A stretch of DNA of 64,000 nucleotides, from NCBI GenBank assembly GCA_040954595.2, contig CM082592.2:1178001-1242000 (forward strand), in the 5' to 3' direction. The notes beneath the pieces are model-generated. The model did no database searches and was not told the DNA's origin. It saw nothing but the letters and a program-made list of their open reading frames with translations. Source of the DNA: Balanoglossus misakiensis (Eukaryota > Animalia > Hemichordata). Shown piece after piece: positions 51,301 through 62,224 of this stretch (the stretch's first letter is position 1; the number at the start of each line of letters is the position of its first letter). Both the position numbers and the translations under genes were made by a program.

Positions 51301-53742
51301 TTGCGTTTTATTCGTTTTTGCACCAAAAAGGTCATTTTTAGGCAAAACATTCTTTATTTTTTTAATTCGGTGACCTGATCATATATAAACAATTGCTTGT
51401 ATGTTAAAAGTTTTTATGACTCTTAAAAGCAGTGACACTGGCGGCATTCAAGACGAAAATAACCATTTTAGCCCCATTTTGGTCAAAAATGGTAAATTTT
51501 TGAAAATTACGAAAAATAACACTTTTCTACGTTTTCGGTAATCTGATGGAGTATAGAATGCCCTTCGTATGTATATATCGATACAATTTCCACAAAAGAC
51601 AGTCTAATTTGGCTCACTGCAGACAAAATTGCATGTTATCAAATTTTGCTTGAAAATGTCATTTTTAGAAAAACAATTAAAAAAACCTTTGTTCTTCGAA
51701 TTTGGTGCCCTGATCATATATGACATGTTGATTGTATGTTAAAACTTTCGACCACTCCAAAAATGCAGAGATATTGACGGAATTAAAAAAAAATAGTCAT
51801 TTTGGCCATATTTTGACAAAAATGGTAAATTTTTAAAAAATCATAAAAAATTAACTCTTTTCTTCATTTTCGGAAATATTATGGAGCATGAAGTGTCGTT
51901 CTCTTGTAAAAAGTGCTGCAAAATCCAGAAAAGGCGGTATAATTTGAATCACCCAAGACAAAATTACCATTTTATGACTTTTTTTCGAAAAATTGTCTTT
52001 TTTACAAAACAAATAAGAATAAATTCTTTTCTTAGTTTGAAACGGGTAGAGATACTTTCCACACGGGTTTTCTAACATTGAATTCCCGTTCATCAACTCA
52101 GATTTCCTACAGCATAAGTCGGCTAAAAGCCTGACACTCTAGATCAGAAACACGCGTACAGAGACCACGTTGATCAAGTCTGATCTCCTACGGCTTGGCT
52201 CGACTAAAACCCCGGCACACTTTGACAGACACTAGCGTTCGGTAGCAACGTTGATCAAGTCAGATTTCCTACGGCATGGCTTGGCTAAAGCCCTGGCACT
52301 CTAGAGCAGAAACAGGCGTACATTGACCACGTCTACGGCATGGCTTGGCTGAGGCCCCGGAACTCTAGAGCAGAAACAGGCGTACATTGACCACTTTGAT
52401 CAAGTCAGATTTCCTACGGCGTGACTCGGCCTGTGCACCGGCTCTATATGACACAGACTGGCGTAAGTTATCAACGGTTATTACGTCGGATTTCCTACGG
52501 CCTGGCTCAGCTGAAGCCCCGGCACTTTAGAGCGGAAACACGCGTACATTGACCACGTTGATCAAGTCAGATCTCCTACGGCCTGGCTCGACTAAAACCC
52601 CGGCACACCATGACGGACACTAGCGTTCGTTAGCAACGGTGATCAAGTCGGATTTCCTTCGGCCTGGCTCTGCAAATGACCCGACACTCTAGTACAGAGA
52701 CGTTGGCTGGTCAACACTCGACATTTGTTCGGGTATTATTGCATTATTGCCTGTCAATTTATAGAGAAAGTCCGAATTTAACCAGGGCGTTTCAAACACC
52801 GACGTTAGTTGGGGGCACGGCCTGCAGTACTGTCGGGTAAGCTGACATCGGCGTACCGCATATAATGTAGGGGGGGGGGAACAGAACGGTTCAATACTAC
52901 ATTTATTAGATATCAGCTAATTTTGGACAATCATCTAAAATCTAAATCATGTTTTCATATTTGGATATCTGATGATGTATGACATTTCCATTATATGTAA
53001 AAATGGTGCTGATTATAAAAAATGCACTCTGAATGATCTGATTTAATACAAAATTGCGTTTTATTCGTTTTTGCACCAAAAAGGTCATTTTTAGGCAAAA
53101 CATTCTTTATTTTTTTAACTCAGTGACCTGATCATATATAAAGAATTGCTTGTATGTTAAAAGTTTTTATGACTTTTAAAAGCAGTGACACTGGCGGCAT
53201 TCAACACGAAAATAAAAATTTTAGCCACAATTTGGTCAAAATGGTAATTTTTTGAAAATTACAAAAAATACCTGTTTTCTACATTTTCGGAAATCTGATG
53301 GAGTATAAAATGCTCTTCGTATGTATATATCGATACAAATTCCATAAAAGACAGTCTAATTTGGCTCACTGCAGACAAAATTGTGTTTTATCAAATTTTA
53401 CTTGAAAATGTCATTTTTAGAAGAAAAAAATAATAAAAAAACCTTTGTTCTTCGAATTTGGTGCCCTGATCATATATGACATGTTGATTGTATGTTAAAA
53501 CTTTCGACCACTCCAAAAATGCAGAGATATTGACGGAATTCAAGAAAAAATAGCCATTTTGGCCATATTTTGACAAAAATGGTAAATTTTTAAAAAATCA
53601 TAAAAAATAAACTCTTTTCTTCATTTTCGGAAATATTATGGAGCATGAAGTGTCGTTCTCTTGGAAAAAGTGCTGCAAATTCCAGAAAAGGCGGTATAAT
53701 TTGAATCACCCAAGACAAAATTACCATTTTCGACTTTTTTCG
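45385..53742. repeat. Tandem array of about four 1.5-1.9 kb units with GC-rich ~60 bp subrepeats and an AT-rich half
   Basis: Marker GTAGAGATACTTTCCACACGGG at ~45411, 48418, 50314, 52047; marker TGTAG(G)nAACAGAACGGTTCAATACTAC at ~47689, 49375, 51107, 52866; subrepeat GATCAAGTCAGATTTCCTACGGC. ORF translations 50118-50363 and 51851-52096 are identical and 1733 bp apart. Confidence 0.9.
45587..47081. mobile_element. 1495 bp non-autonomous TIR element with 3 bp TSD AAT (possibly PIF/Harbinger group)
   Basis: Termini AGTCATGTTTCA / TGAAACAGGACT; ~300 bp imperfect inverted arms containing GACCTTGTAGGTTAGGTCTTATTA repeats; TSD AAT at 45584-45586 and 47082-47084; empty site CGTCACAATATGACAG at ~48585. 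Confidence 0.88.
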
Positions 53743-55456
53743 ACCCCAATGTCCAATGTAATAAACGTTAACCCAATATGTAACACTAAACTAATATGTA
53801 ATAACACCTTAACCCAATATGTAATAACACTGCCCTAAAGTATTTTAACGCTAAGCTAAATGAAATACACCAAATCAATTTGAAATTATATCAGAATATG
53901 AATATTAAAATCCTTACTAAACATGTTTTAAAAATAAACTCAATGTTTTTCATTAACCCAATATGTAATAACACTTAACCCAATATGTAATGGTAAAGGT
54001 GGCTTGTATTTTTTATACGAGGGGGGGGGGGTACATTTGTCTTTCTGGGAAAAGACCATAATATTATTTCATCTATTTTCAATAGAGGTGGTGATAGAGG
54101 GGGAAACCCTATTGATTAACATACTTCCCGCTTAACCCAACGAATTACTTGCAAGGTCCGGTAGCATTTGATAGTCCTGGTAAAGTTAACATAGTGATAG
54201 ATTTACCAACCTTTACATCCACATGAAATCAAGGTAAATTTTGCTGTTTGAACCTCTAGCTTTATGCTATATTTCGCAAAACTATTACTATCGGCTGTTA
54301 GTATACGGATCCACCCACCCGGGGACTGCAACCACCGGGCTAATTCCCCACTTTTGTTCCGTATCACCCGAGGTGGGGAGGCCCCGGGGTTACGCTGGGG
54401 TCCGTGGGGATTAGAAAATTTTGTAAAATAAAGGGTGCGAACTGCATTTTGTGGATTCAAAAGCACAAGTTTTGTGGCATAAGTATGTGAACCACCTAAA
54501 CTTTTTTTTTTATAAAAAAGATGACCCCCCCCCCCCTCCCCCCCCCCGCTTTTGGACTTCAAAATTAAGAAAGGTATACTTGACGCGTAAGGCGTTCAAT
54601 ATAAGTATCTGTTTCACTTTTGACGGGCAAGTAGTGTGCACGGATGGTAAAGTGTAACCCCCCTGCCCCCATCTGTACAAGTGAGGGTTGAAGTGTCCTG
54701 ATGTATATGGCTTCATTAATACATCAGATTCTCTGTCTAAAATTTGGAAATTTTCCATGTCAATTATGTGTCCTGGGTATTCTCTGAATATGTCTGGGAG
54801 CTTCCATCTGAGACAATATTTTGATGTCACACATGCGTACACAACTTGATTTCACTACTTTTATAAAGACTTGAGTTTTACTTCAACTCTATTGGGTTAA
54901 TATTACATATTCAAACACATTAGGGCAGTGTTATTACATATTGGGTTAAAGTGTCATAACATATTGTGTTAGTATTACATATTGGGTTAAGGTGTTATTA
55001 CATATTGGGTTAGTATTACATATTGGGTTAGTGTTACATATTGGTTTAAGTGGTATTACATATTGGATTAGTGTTACATATTAGGTTAAAGTTTATTACA
55101 TACAGGGTTAAAGTTTATTACATATAGGGTTAACTAATAACGTTTTTTTTTCATGTAGAATTAATGTTATTTCATGTAGAAATAAAGTTTATTAGATATA
55201 GGGTTAACTAATAACGTACTTTTTCATGTAGAATTAACGTTATTTCATGTAAAATTCAAATCTATAACATATAGGGTTAACGCTTATTACATACGCAGCT
55301 AGCTGATAACGTTTATTACATGTAGAATTAAAGTTTATTACATATTGGGTTAAGTGTTATTACAAATTGGGTTAGTATTACATATTGGGTTAAGTGTTAT
55401 TACATATTAGTTTAGTATTACATATTGGGTTAATTATAACATATTGGGGTGATACA
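53743..55456. mobile_element. Foldback-like element with inverted arms built from AACCCAATATGTAAT subrepeats
   Basis: AACCCAATATGTAATAACAC repeats at 53770-53990 are the reverse complement of GTGTTATTACATATTGGGTT repeats at 54890-55450. Right end is ..ATATTGGGGTGATACA; the left end looks truncated; no TSD seen. Confidence 0.7.
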
Positions 55457-55882
55457 GATGGCATCCTGGGATTTGGAGAACACAGTGTCGTGGCATATAG
55501 AAAATTTGTACCCGTGTTCTGATAGATATCGGTCTATTCCTCGCTGATAAGTTGTCAGACTGTATGGTTCATATTCTGTTCCGTCGCTCTGTCGTGCTCC
55601 GATGTAAAATTTGGCCAAGTACAAATCTAAAGTTTCCGGTGGTAAATTGTACAGTTCTTCGTCGACCCCTTCCTCTGTTTCCTCTAAAAACTTCTTCAGT
55701 TGATTAACTGCACTGCTTGTCGATTTAACGGTATTTGACTTCTGCTGGTTTTTTATGAACTGGTCAATTTCGCCAGATGAGACGGCTACGTGTCGCTCGA
55801 TAGACGACATGATTAGCTCTGCAGCTCTGCGCTGCCGACAGTTTCGGAGCAGACGTTCGTTATAGAACATTTTTGGCGCCAT
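55457..55882 (-). pseudogene. N-terminal fragment of a Crypton-type tyrosine recombinase ORF (region preceding DUF3504, related to ZMYM/QRICH1/KCTD1)
   Basis: Motifs IDQFIKNQQKSNTVKST, LPPETLDLYLAKFYIGARQSDGTEYEPYSLTTYQRGIDRYL and FSICHDTVFSKSQ resemble the Crypton core-binding region. The ORF runs into the foldback arm (CITPICYN) before any catalytic residues. Confidence 0.8.
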
Positions 55883-56116
55883 TGAAAAAAATGTACATTG
55901 GTATAAAACATTGGAGTATTTTTACATGTGAAATATTTTATTTATCGTTGGTAAAATTTCCCATTACAGCAAACCCCTGTTTTCCGATCAAAGTGTCTTT
56001 GTTTACAAGTTGAAAATAGTTCCGGTTGGGGACGTCAGAGGGATGGTAATTACAATAACGCTTGGTGCAAATTTACCTACGTCTGACGTCATACTATGGT
56101 ATATGCGGAGCTATGT

Positions 56117-56299
56117 ATGTGATAATTTCATATAATCCCATGATATCTTTCTTTGTTTGACGTCATCGTATACGAGTGGTTTTCGCGGAGCAGTGCAACT
56201 TCGAGCCGCAGGCGAGAAGTTGTACGCTTCCGCGAAAACCACGAGTATACGATGACGTTAAACAAAGAAAGATATCATGGGATTATATATTTATCACAT
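56117..56299. repeat. ~183 bp imperfect palindrome
   Basis: ATGTGATAA..TATAATCCCATGATATCTTTCTTTGTTT..CGTCATCGTATAC..GTGGTTTTCGCGGA mirrored around the centre GAGCCGCAGGCGA. Confidence 0.92.
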
Positions 56300-56416
56300 G
56301 AACAGTCTTCATATTTTTCGTTAGAAGAGGCAGGACTAAAAAAATTCAGTACCTTGCAACACTTTTGGAGCGGTGTCGTATTTTACTGAGCGGGATTATT
56401 TCCCCCAGGAGATATA

Positions 56417-56510
56417 TGTTGGGAGATTTTATGAATGATCAGCGATAGTTCATCATTTGCATATACGCAAATGATGAACTATCGCTGATCATTCATAAAA
56501 TCTCCCAACA
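56417..56510. repeat. Perfect palindrome with 44 bp arms and a 6 nt loop
   Basis: TGTTGGGAGATTTTATGAATGATCAGCGATAGTTCATCATTTGC-ATATAC-exact reverse complement. Confidence 0.95.
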
Positions 56511-57107
56511 AGTCGTCCCGTTGAGTTCCGTTCACTCGAAGTTCGGCCTTACACAAATGTAATCGATTCTCTAACAATTTTACTGCAACCTGTTGCCACG
56601 TCTTATACATTTCGTTGACCGGTGGAAAAGAGAGGTTCAGTCGTCACGCTGAACCGGCTCGAAACAATTCCCCACGCTGATTCGACTCGGAACGTACCGG
56701 ACTTGCGCCTAGCCTAGGCTATGTGTACCTGACCCAAAACTTTGACAGCCACGATCGTCTATGATCGTTGCGTCGACTGTCTTCTTTCCAAATTCCACCT
56801 TTCTGTTTTGAGCTTACAAAGCGATATTGTCATGGAACCGTCATTTTTTTATTTCATTTCTGTATTGTAAATGCCGCGCGCTACACGTACTGTTTCTGTT
56901 TGACAACAAAGCTACGGCGAATCGGTGGAAATAGTTCCGGTTGATGACGTAACACAGGGGTGATCTGGATTTTTGATCTGTCCTGGTCTACGTCACACAG
57001 GTGGTGATCAGGGCCAGTTCATGTGATAATCATAAAAATTACATGTAGCGCTATTGAAATTAGCTTCCACTTGATCAGAAAATCTTGGGGAGTTTACTGA
57101 TGTGCAA

Positions 57108-57737
57108 TCAGACAAACATTTGTACCAGCCCCTCTCGAATTCGCACTCCAGTTTGATCATTGTGGAAGATGTTTGGATACTCATTTGCATCTTGAACTTG
57201 ATCCATATCCATAAAATACTCAATGTCATCATCTGTCATACTGCAGATATTATGAAGAATGCATGCACACATGACCAATTTGCAAACTGTTGTGACATAT
57301 GGGCTATTGAGTGCTTGTAATCTACGTAATCTTCCCTTAATATGTCCAATAGTACGCTCCACAACCGAACGACAGGATGATACCGCTCTGTTGTACCTTC
57401 TTTCTGGTTGGGTAAGAACACCATTATCCCTAAATGGGGTAAGTAGCCATGGCTTGACTGGATACGCAGAATCACCAATGATGTACATGCCCTGTGGGAT
57501 GTCCAAACCATTCTCTGCTCTTGCATAAAAGTTTGAATTCCTCAGAACTCGAGCATCATGTGTAGATCCCGGCCAGCCAACATATGCGTCATTGATAATC
57601 ATGAGGTCATCAACAATGAGCTGCAGGATGACAGATGTGTAGCCTTTCCTATTTACATAGTCGCGAGAATCACCGTGAAGATTGGTAAGTCTGATGTGAG
57701 TTCCATCAATGAAGCCTACTACATTAGGAAGGCGGTT
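57108..57737 (-). pseudogene. PIF/Harbinger (HARBI1-like, DDE_Tnp_4) transposase, C-terminal part
   Basis: The frame extends upstream of the listed ORF as RLPNVVGFIDGTHI..YVNRKGY. It contains VGWPGSTHDARVLRNS, GDSAYP, YNRAVSSCRSVVERTIGHIKGR and CACILHN. The N-terminus is absent at the minisatellite block, or lies in an unseen exon. Confidence 0.9.
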
Positions 57738-57804
57738 GTATGGAACGCCGTTACTGTCATGTGTAGTGCAATATTAATACGTGATGTGCATTTCGATATA
57801 GCTT

Positions 57805-58113
57805 ACTTCATTTTTGACATCGCTTACTCCATTTTTGACTTCACTTAGTCCATTTTTGACATCGCTAAGTCCATTTTTGACATCACTAAGTCCATTTTCA
57901 ACATCGCTAAGTCCATTTTTGACATCGCGTACCCCATTTACGGCGCGGAGTACCCCATTTACGGTGCGTACCCCATTTACGGCGCGGAGTACCCCATTTA
58001 CGCCGCATACCCCATTTACGGCACGGAGTACCCCATTTACAGCGCGGAGTACCCCATTTACGCCGCGTACCCCATTTACGCCGCGCACCCCATTTACGCC
58101 GCGTACCCCATTT
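57805..58113. repeat. Compound minisatellite: 21 bp CCATTTTTGACATCGCTAAGT, then 18/21 bp ACCCCATTTACG(G)CGCG(GA)GT
   Basis: Direct tandem periodicity; explains the low-complexity ORFs 57774-58088 and 57814-58137. Confidence 0.9.
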
Positions 58114-58704
58114 TCTGCGTTGTCAGCACTATTCTAAACAATCCCATACACCAATGGGGCATGGGTGCGCGCGTCGCTTGAAATTTCGCACATGAGAAAT
58201 GCCATACAATACATGTATAAACAATCTATTTAGAGGCATACTAGCCTTGGATTGGTACACGTGTTAGGATTGCAAACACATTCGCAAACATAATTATTGT
58301 ATAAGTTTAAGAAGCGCACTGTAATAAATGTATGAAAATAAGACAGTACGTGATTTTAACTTGACCCACTTGTCAGGTTCTTTCAGATTTCGTTAACAAA
58401 ATTTGAAATGTCTTACTTTCATAGACCACTGCTTTTATATTATGAGTGATCCTGTAATTATGTAGAAGATGTGTTTTATTTTCTATTGGTATGCCCAGTA
58501 TATCATTGTATTGGAGAGAAATTTATTCCAAAATTCTTCTATGATACACCCCTTGAGTGGAAATTTATTTTATTACTTCAGTCGATATGGCATGACATTA
58601 AAACAAATTATTTCTAAAACAATTATTATATTTGGTTACTGAAGTTGTCATTTCATTCAAATGATCAACGGCTGTTCGGGTAAAAAGTTTTGAGTTACAT
58701 GGTA

Positions 58705-61700
58705 ATAGTGTGGTATGATGTGTATTCCCGTAGGATTTTTGTGCTAAAATTGATTGTTTTGCTGTGGCTTCTATGGGGACCCAACTACCCGAAAATGATG
58801 GGGTGCAATTTTAAGGGTCCCTCCATCATATTTTTCTGGGGGGGGGGGGTACTTCAGTTTTGTGGTATGATGTGTATTCCCGTAGGATTTTTGTGCTAAA
58901 ATTGATTTTTTCTAGCTGTTTGGCTTCATTGGGGACCCAACTACCTAAAAATCATGGGGTGCAATTTTTAGGGCCCCTCCATCATTTTTGTTTCGGGGGG
59001 TCTCTTCTGTTTTCGTCACTCGAGGATATTTGTTCACCTATTTACTCTATCATATGGGAATTTGGGCTACAATTAATTTGTTTTTGTTGTTTTTGCTTTG
59101 GAGGGGACCCACCTGGCCAAAAATAATCGGGTGCAAATTATAGGGCCCCTCCATCGTTTTTTTATTAGGGGGGGGGGGCACTTCCATTTTGGCCACTCCG
59201 AAGTTGTTTGTTGCCCTACATTGTGTATTTACTCCCTTCTCATAGAATATTTTGCTAAAAATATTATTTTTCTTTGATGTTTTGGTTTCAATGGGGCTCC
59301 ACCAGAACTAAAATGATGGGGTTCAAATTTTTGGAACCTTCCATCATGTCTTTGGGGGGGGGGTAATCATTTCTGTTTTGGCTACCCTGAAGGTACTTGT
59401 TCACCTATTTACTATAAGGTTAGTATTGTCGTGGTATTTCTTGCAATTTGGTTTGCTCTTTTGGCTTGAATGCAGACTGACTGCCGAAAAGTGATGGTGT
59501 GCAAAATGTTGGACCCCTTTACCACATATTTTTTGGTGGGGGGGGGGGGGGGTTCTCTATATATTTTTTCGCCAACCCGTTGTAACAGTTGTTTTTTAAT
59601 CTTAGATTGTTTCGTTTATTCTAAATTTAGTATACTAAGGTAAATTAAAACTCCTTTATATATAATAAAGTACATAAGGAAGTACCACGGAAGGTGCAAT
59701 AAACAACCCAAGAAGCATAACGATTCTTTTCTGATATCTCGGTATTCTCAATCATCATTTTCACAAAAACCAGTTATGTTTGATCTACTCATCGTCAGTG
59801 TCGTTATTTTCAAGAACATTTTCCCTTAATTGGTTTTCAGTCTCCACCATAGCATTTGCAGAGGGGAGTACATGGTAAATCATTCTTTGAGCAACTGCAA
59901 CGTCCCCTACAACCTGCTTTGCAGCCACATTTGATAAGCTCTAGTACTGCCTATGGTGCAGGGAAAGCAAGACATTTTACTGGATAAAACACGCCGATTT
60001 CCACCCATTCTTTTCGATTGGTGGAAGTTCAGGACAATTTGTTGCGTATGATTTATCCCTCATTGTGATGAAGGGGTGGCACCCTTTTCACAGATCACGC
60101 AAATCTTGTTTTTATCTGACATATTAATTCTGTAGTTTATTACAAAATGTCCAAAAAGCTATCGATAGGGAACGTAAAACGCGGCTTACGGTGCTAAGAA
60201 AATAGCCAATATGTATTTAGTTATAAAACTGAGATGTAGTTCACAGACTTGTTTTATTTTCAGTGGTATTGAGCAACAAAATGAGCCAAATTTGATATTG
60301 TTCATGTTTACCAAAACAAGTTTTAGAAGTAAGACATAATTCAAGGGCTTTTTACAGCACTATTACGCTATTGGCATGAAAATTTTAAAAATACTACTTT
60401 AAAATAGACAATACTTCAACTGATATGTACTTCACAGGCTTTATTTACGACAGTCTTTAACTTTGAAATGAGTTTAAGTGAATATCGTTTTAATACCCCA
60501 AGAAAAAAGTGTTGAACTAAAACATACTTCGGAGTTTTTGCACAGACTTATATCGGTGAGACTTTTAGTACAATGGTAAATATGTCAGACATTGATTGTG
60601 CTACGAAAGAATAAAAAACTCTTAACGAAAAAGTTCACATCTACACAGACTTTCACTAATTGCCCCAGGAAAGAGAAAAAAGAGTAACCCTAATATATTA
60701 AACTATTTGGTATAGCCTAGTATACTATACTTTTGTAAACCATAGAAAACATGAGTATGGTGATGAGTTGGGTGGCGGTCCAAGGTGCGGGGAGAAGTCC
60801 AAACCAGAGAGATATTTGTGGTTGATTTGGTAGTGTCATAATTCAACTAAGTATATTTATTCAACTAAGATAGCGCTGTAGTATATGTGACAACTGATAC
60901 AAATGTAGGTAACTGATATGTTTACCCCATAAACCGTCTAATATTTGAGATTCCCAAAATGTGGAGAGGCCCTAAAATTTGACCTCCCTCATTTTTGAGC
61001 AGTTAGGTCCCCATAGAAGTTTTAAAAAAAAAGAAATTGGAAGAAATCCTTTACAAATACACATGTCACACTATGAAGGTTAGATCAATGAACCAATATC
61101 TCCGCGGCTGCTAAAACTAAAGTGACCCCCCCCCCCGCAAGAAAATGTGATGGAGGGGTCCAACAAATTGATTTCCATCATTTTGGGGATGTTTATTCAT
61201 CATTGAAACCAAAACAGCAAATAAAACAAATAACTATTAGCAAAACTCCTACGAGAATACACGAAATAGGTGAACAAATACCGTTAAGAAATGGAAGTGC
61301 CGCCCCCCCCCACAAATGTAATAGAGGGGTCCTAAAATTTGCATGTGATCTTTTGCGACCAGGTGGGTCCCCATTTAAGTCAAAACAGCAAAAAAAATCT
61401 TTAGCAGAGTATTCTACGAAAATGGAGTAGATAGGTGAATAAATATCTTCGGGGAGGCCAAAACAGGAGTGACCCCCCCCCCCCGAAAAAATATGATGGA
61501 GGGGCCCTAAAAATTGCACCCCATCATTTTCGGGTAGTTGGGTCCCCATTGAAGCCAAAACAGCAAAACATTCAATTTTAGCACAAAAATCCTACGGGAA
61601 TACACATCATACCACAAAACGGAAGTACTCCCCCCCCCCAGAAAAATATGATGGAGGGGCCCTTAAAATTGCACCCCATCATTTTCGAGTAGTTGGGTCC

Positions 61701-61786
61701 CCATAGAAGCCAAAACAGCAAAAAAATCAATTTTAGCACAAAAATCCTACGGGTGCTGTTTTCCTTGACATACCATACCGCACTAT
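58705..61786. mobile_element. Foldback-like element with long inverted arms of ~155 bp G-tract subrepeats
   Basis: 58710-59560 (CCCGTAGGATTTTTGTGCTAAAATTGA..GGGGACCCAACTACCCGAAAATGATGGGGTGCAATTTT..polyG) is the reverse complement of 60960-61755. Exact termini and TSD are not resolved. Confidence 0.7.
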
Positions 61787-62224
61787 AACATGAAAATACC
61801 CTTACTGTTTTGACTTTTGACAGCCGCCTGGCCCGTTTTGGCCATTGTTTTAACACCAGTACTGCATTCGTTGCAAATTTAGAAAAAAGCTTGAGCAACT
61901 GCCCAAGTGTATATTTCATCTAGCCACAGACAAATTTCTCTTTGTCTGTGTTCTGGCTTTAGTGTAGTATGAGACATTTTAGCCACAAGCTGATGGTTGA
62001 AGGTATCATTTTCTTGGAGTGGAATTTTTTATTTGTCTATACAATGTTTGTGCAGATGGGAAAAGTCAAATTTTTGGAGTATGATAATCTAAGGAATAGT
62101 GCAATAAAAAACACAGAAAAAAATTGCAATCATCACATTTTAGCTGCAATGTAAGGACTATTAAGAAGAGTCCTCCCCAAAACTGAATTACAAAGTATTC
62201 ATTCAACAAATTTGGTTTCAATTC

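Noticed and set aside
45385-53742. rDNA intergenic spacer or 5S/snRNA/tRNA tandem array
   Set aside because: No recognisable rRNA, snRNA or tRNA sequence in the unit.
54203-54842. ORFs inside the foldback core
   Set aside because: No recognisable motifs; poly-G/C driven low complexity.
55457-57737. Host genes KCTD1/ZMYM/QRICH1 or HARBI1
   Set aside because: Both are truncated fragments among transposon debris; orthology cannot be shown, so no symbols are assigned.
57774-58137. Repetitive proteins (RGVNGV / TPFT)
   Set aside because: Artefacts of 18/21 bp minisatellites open on both strands.
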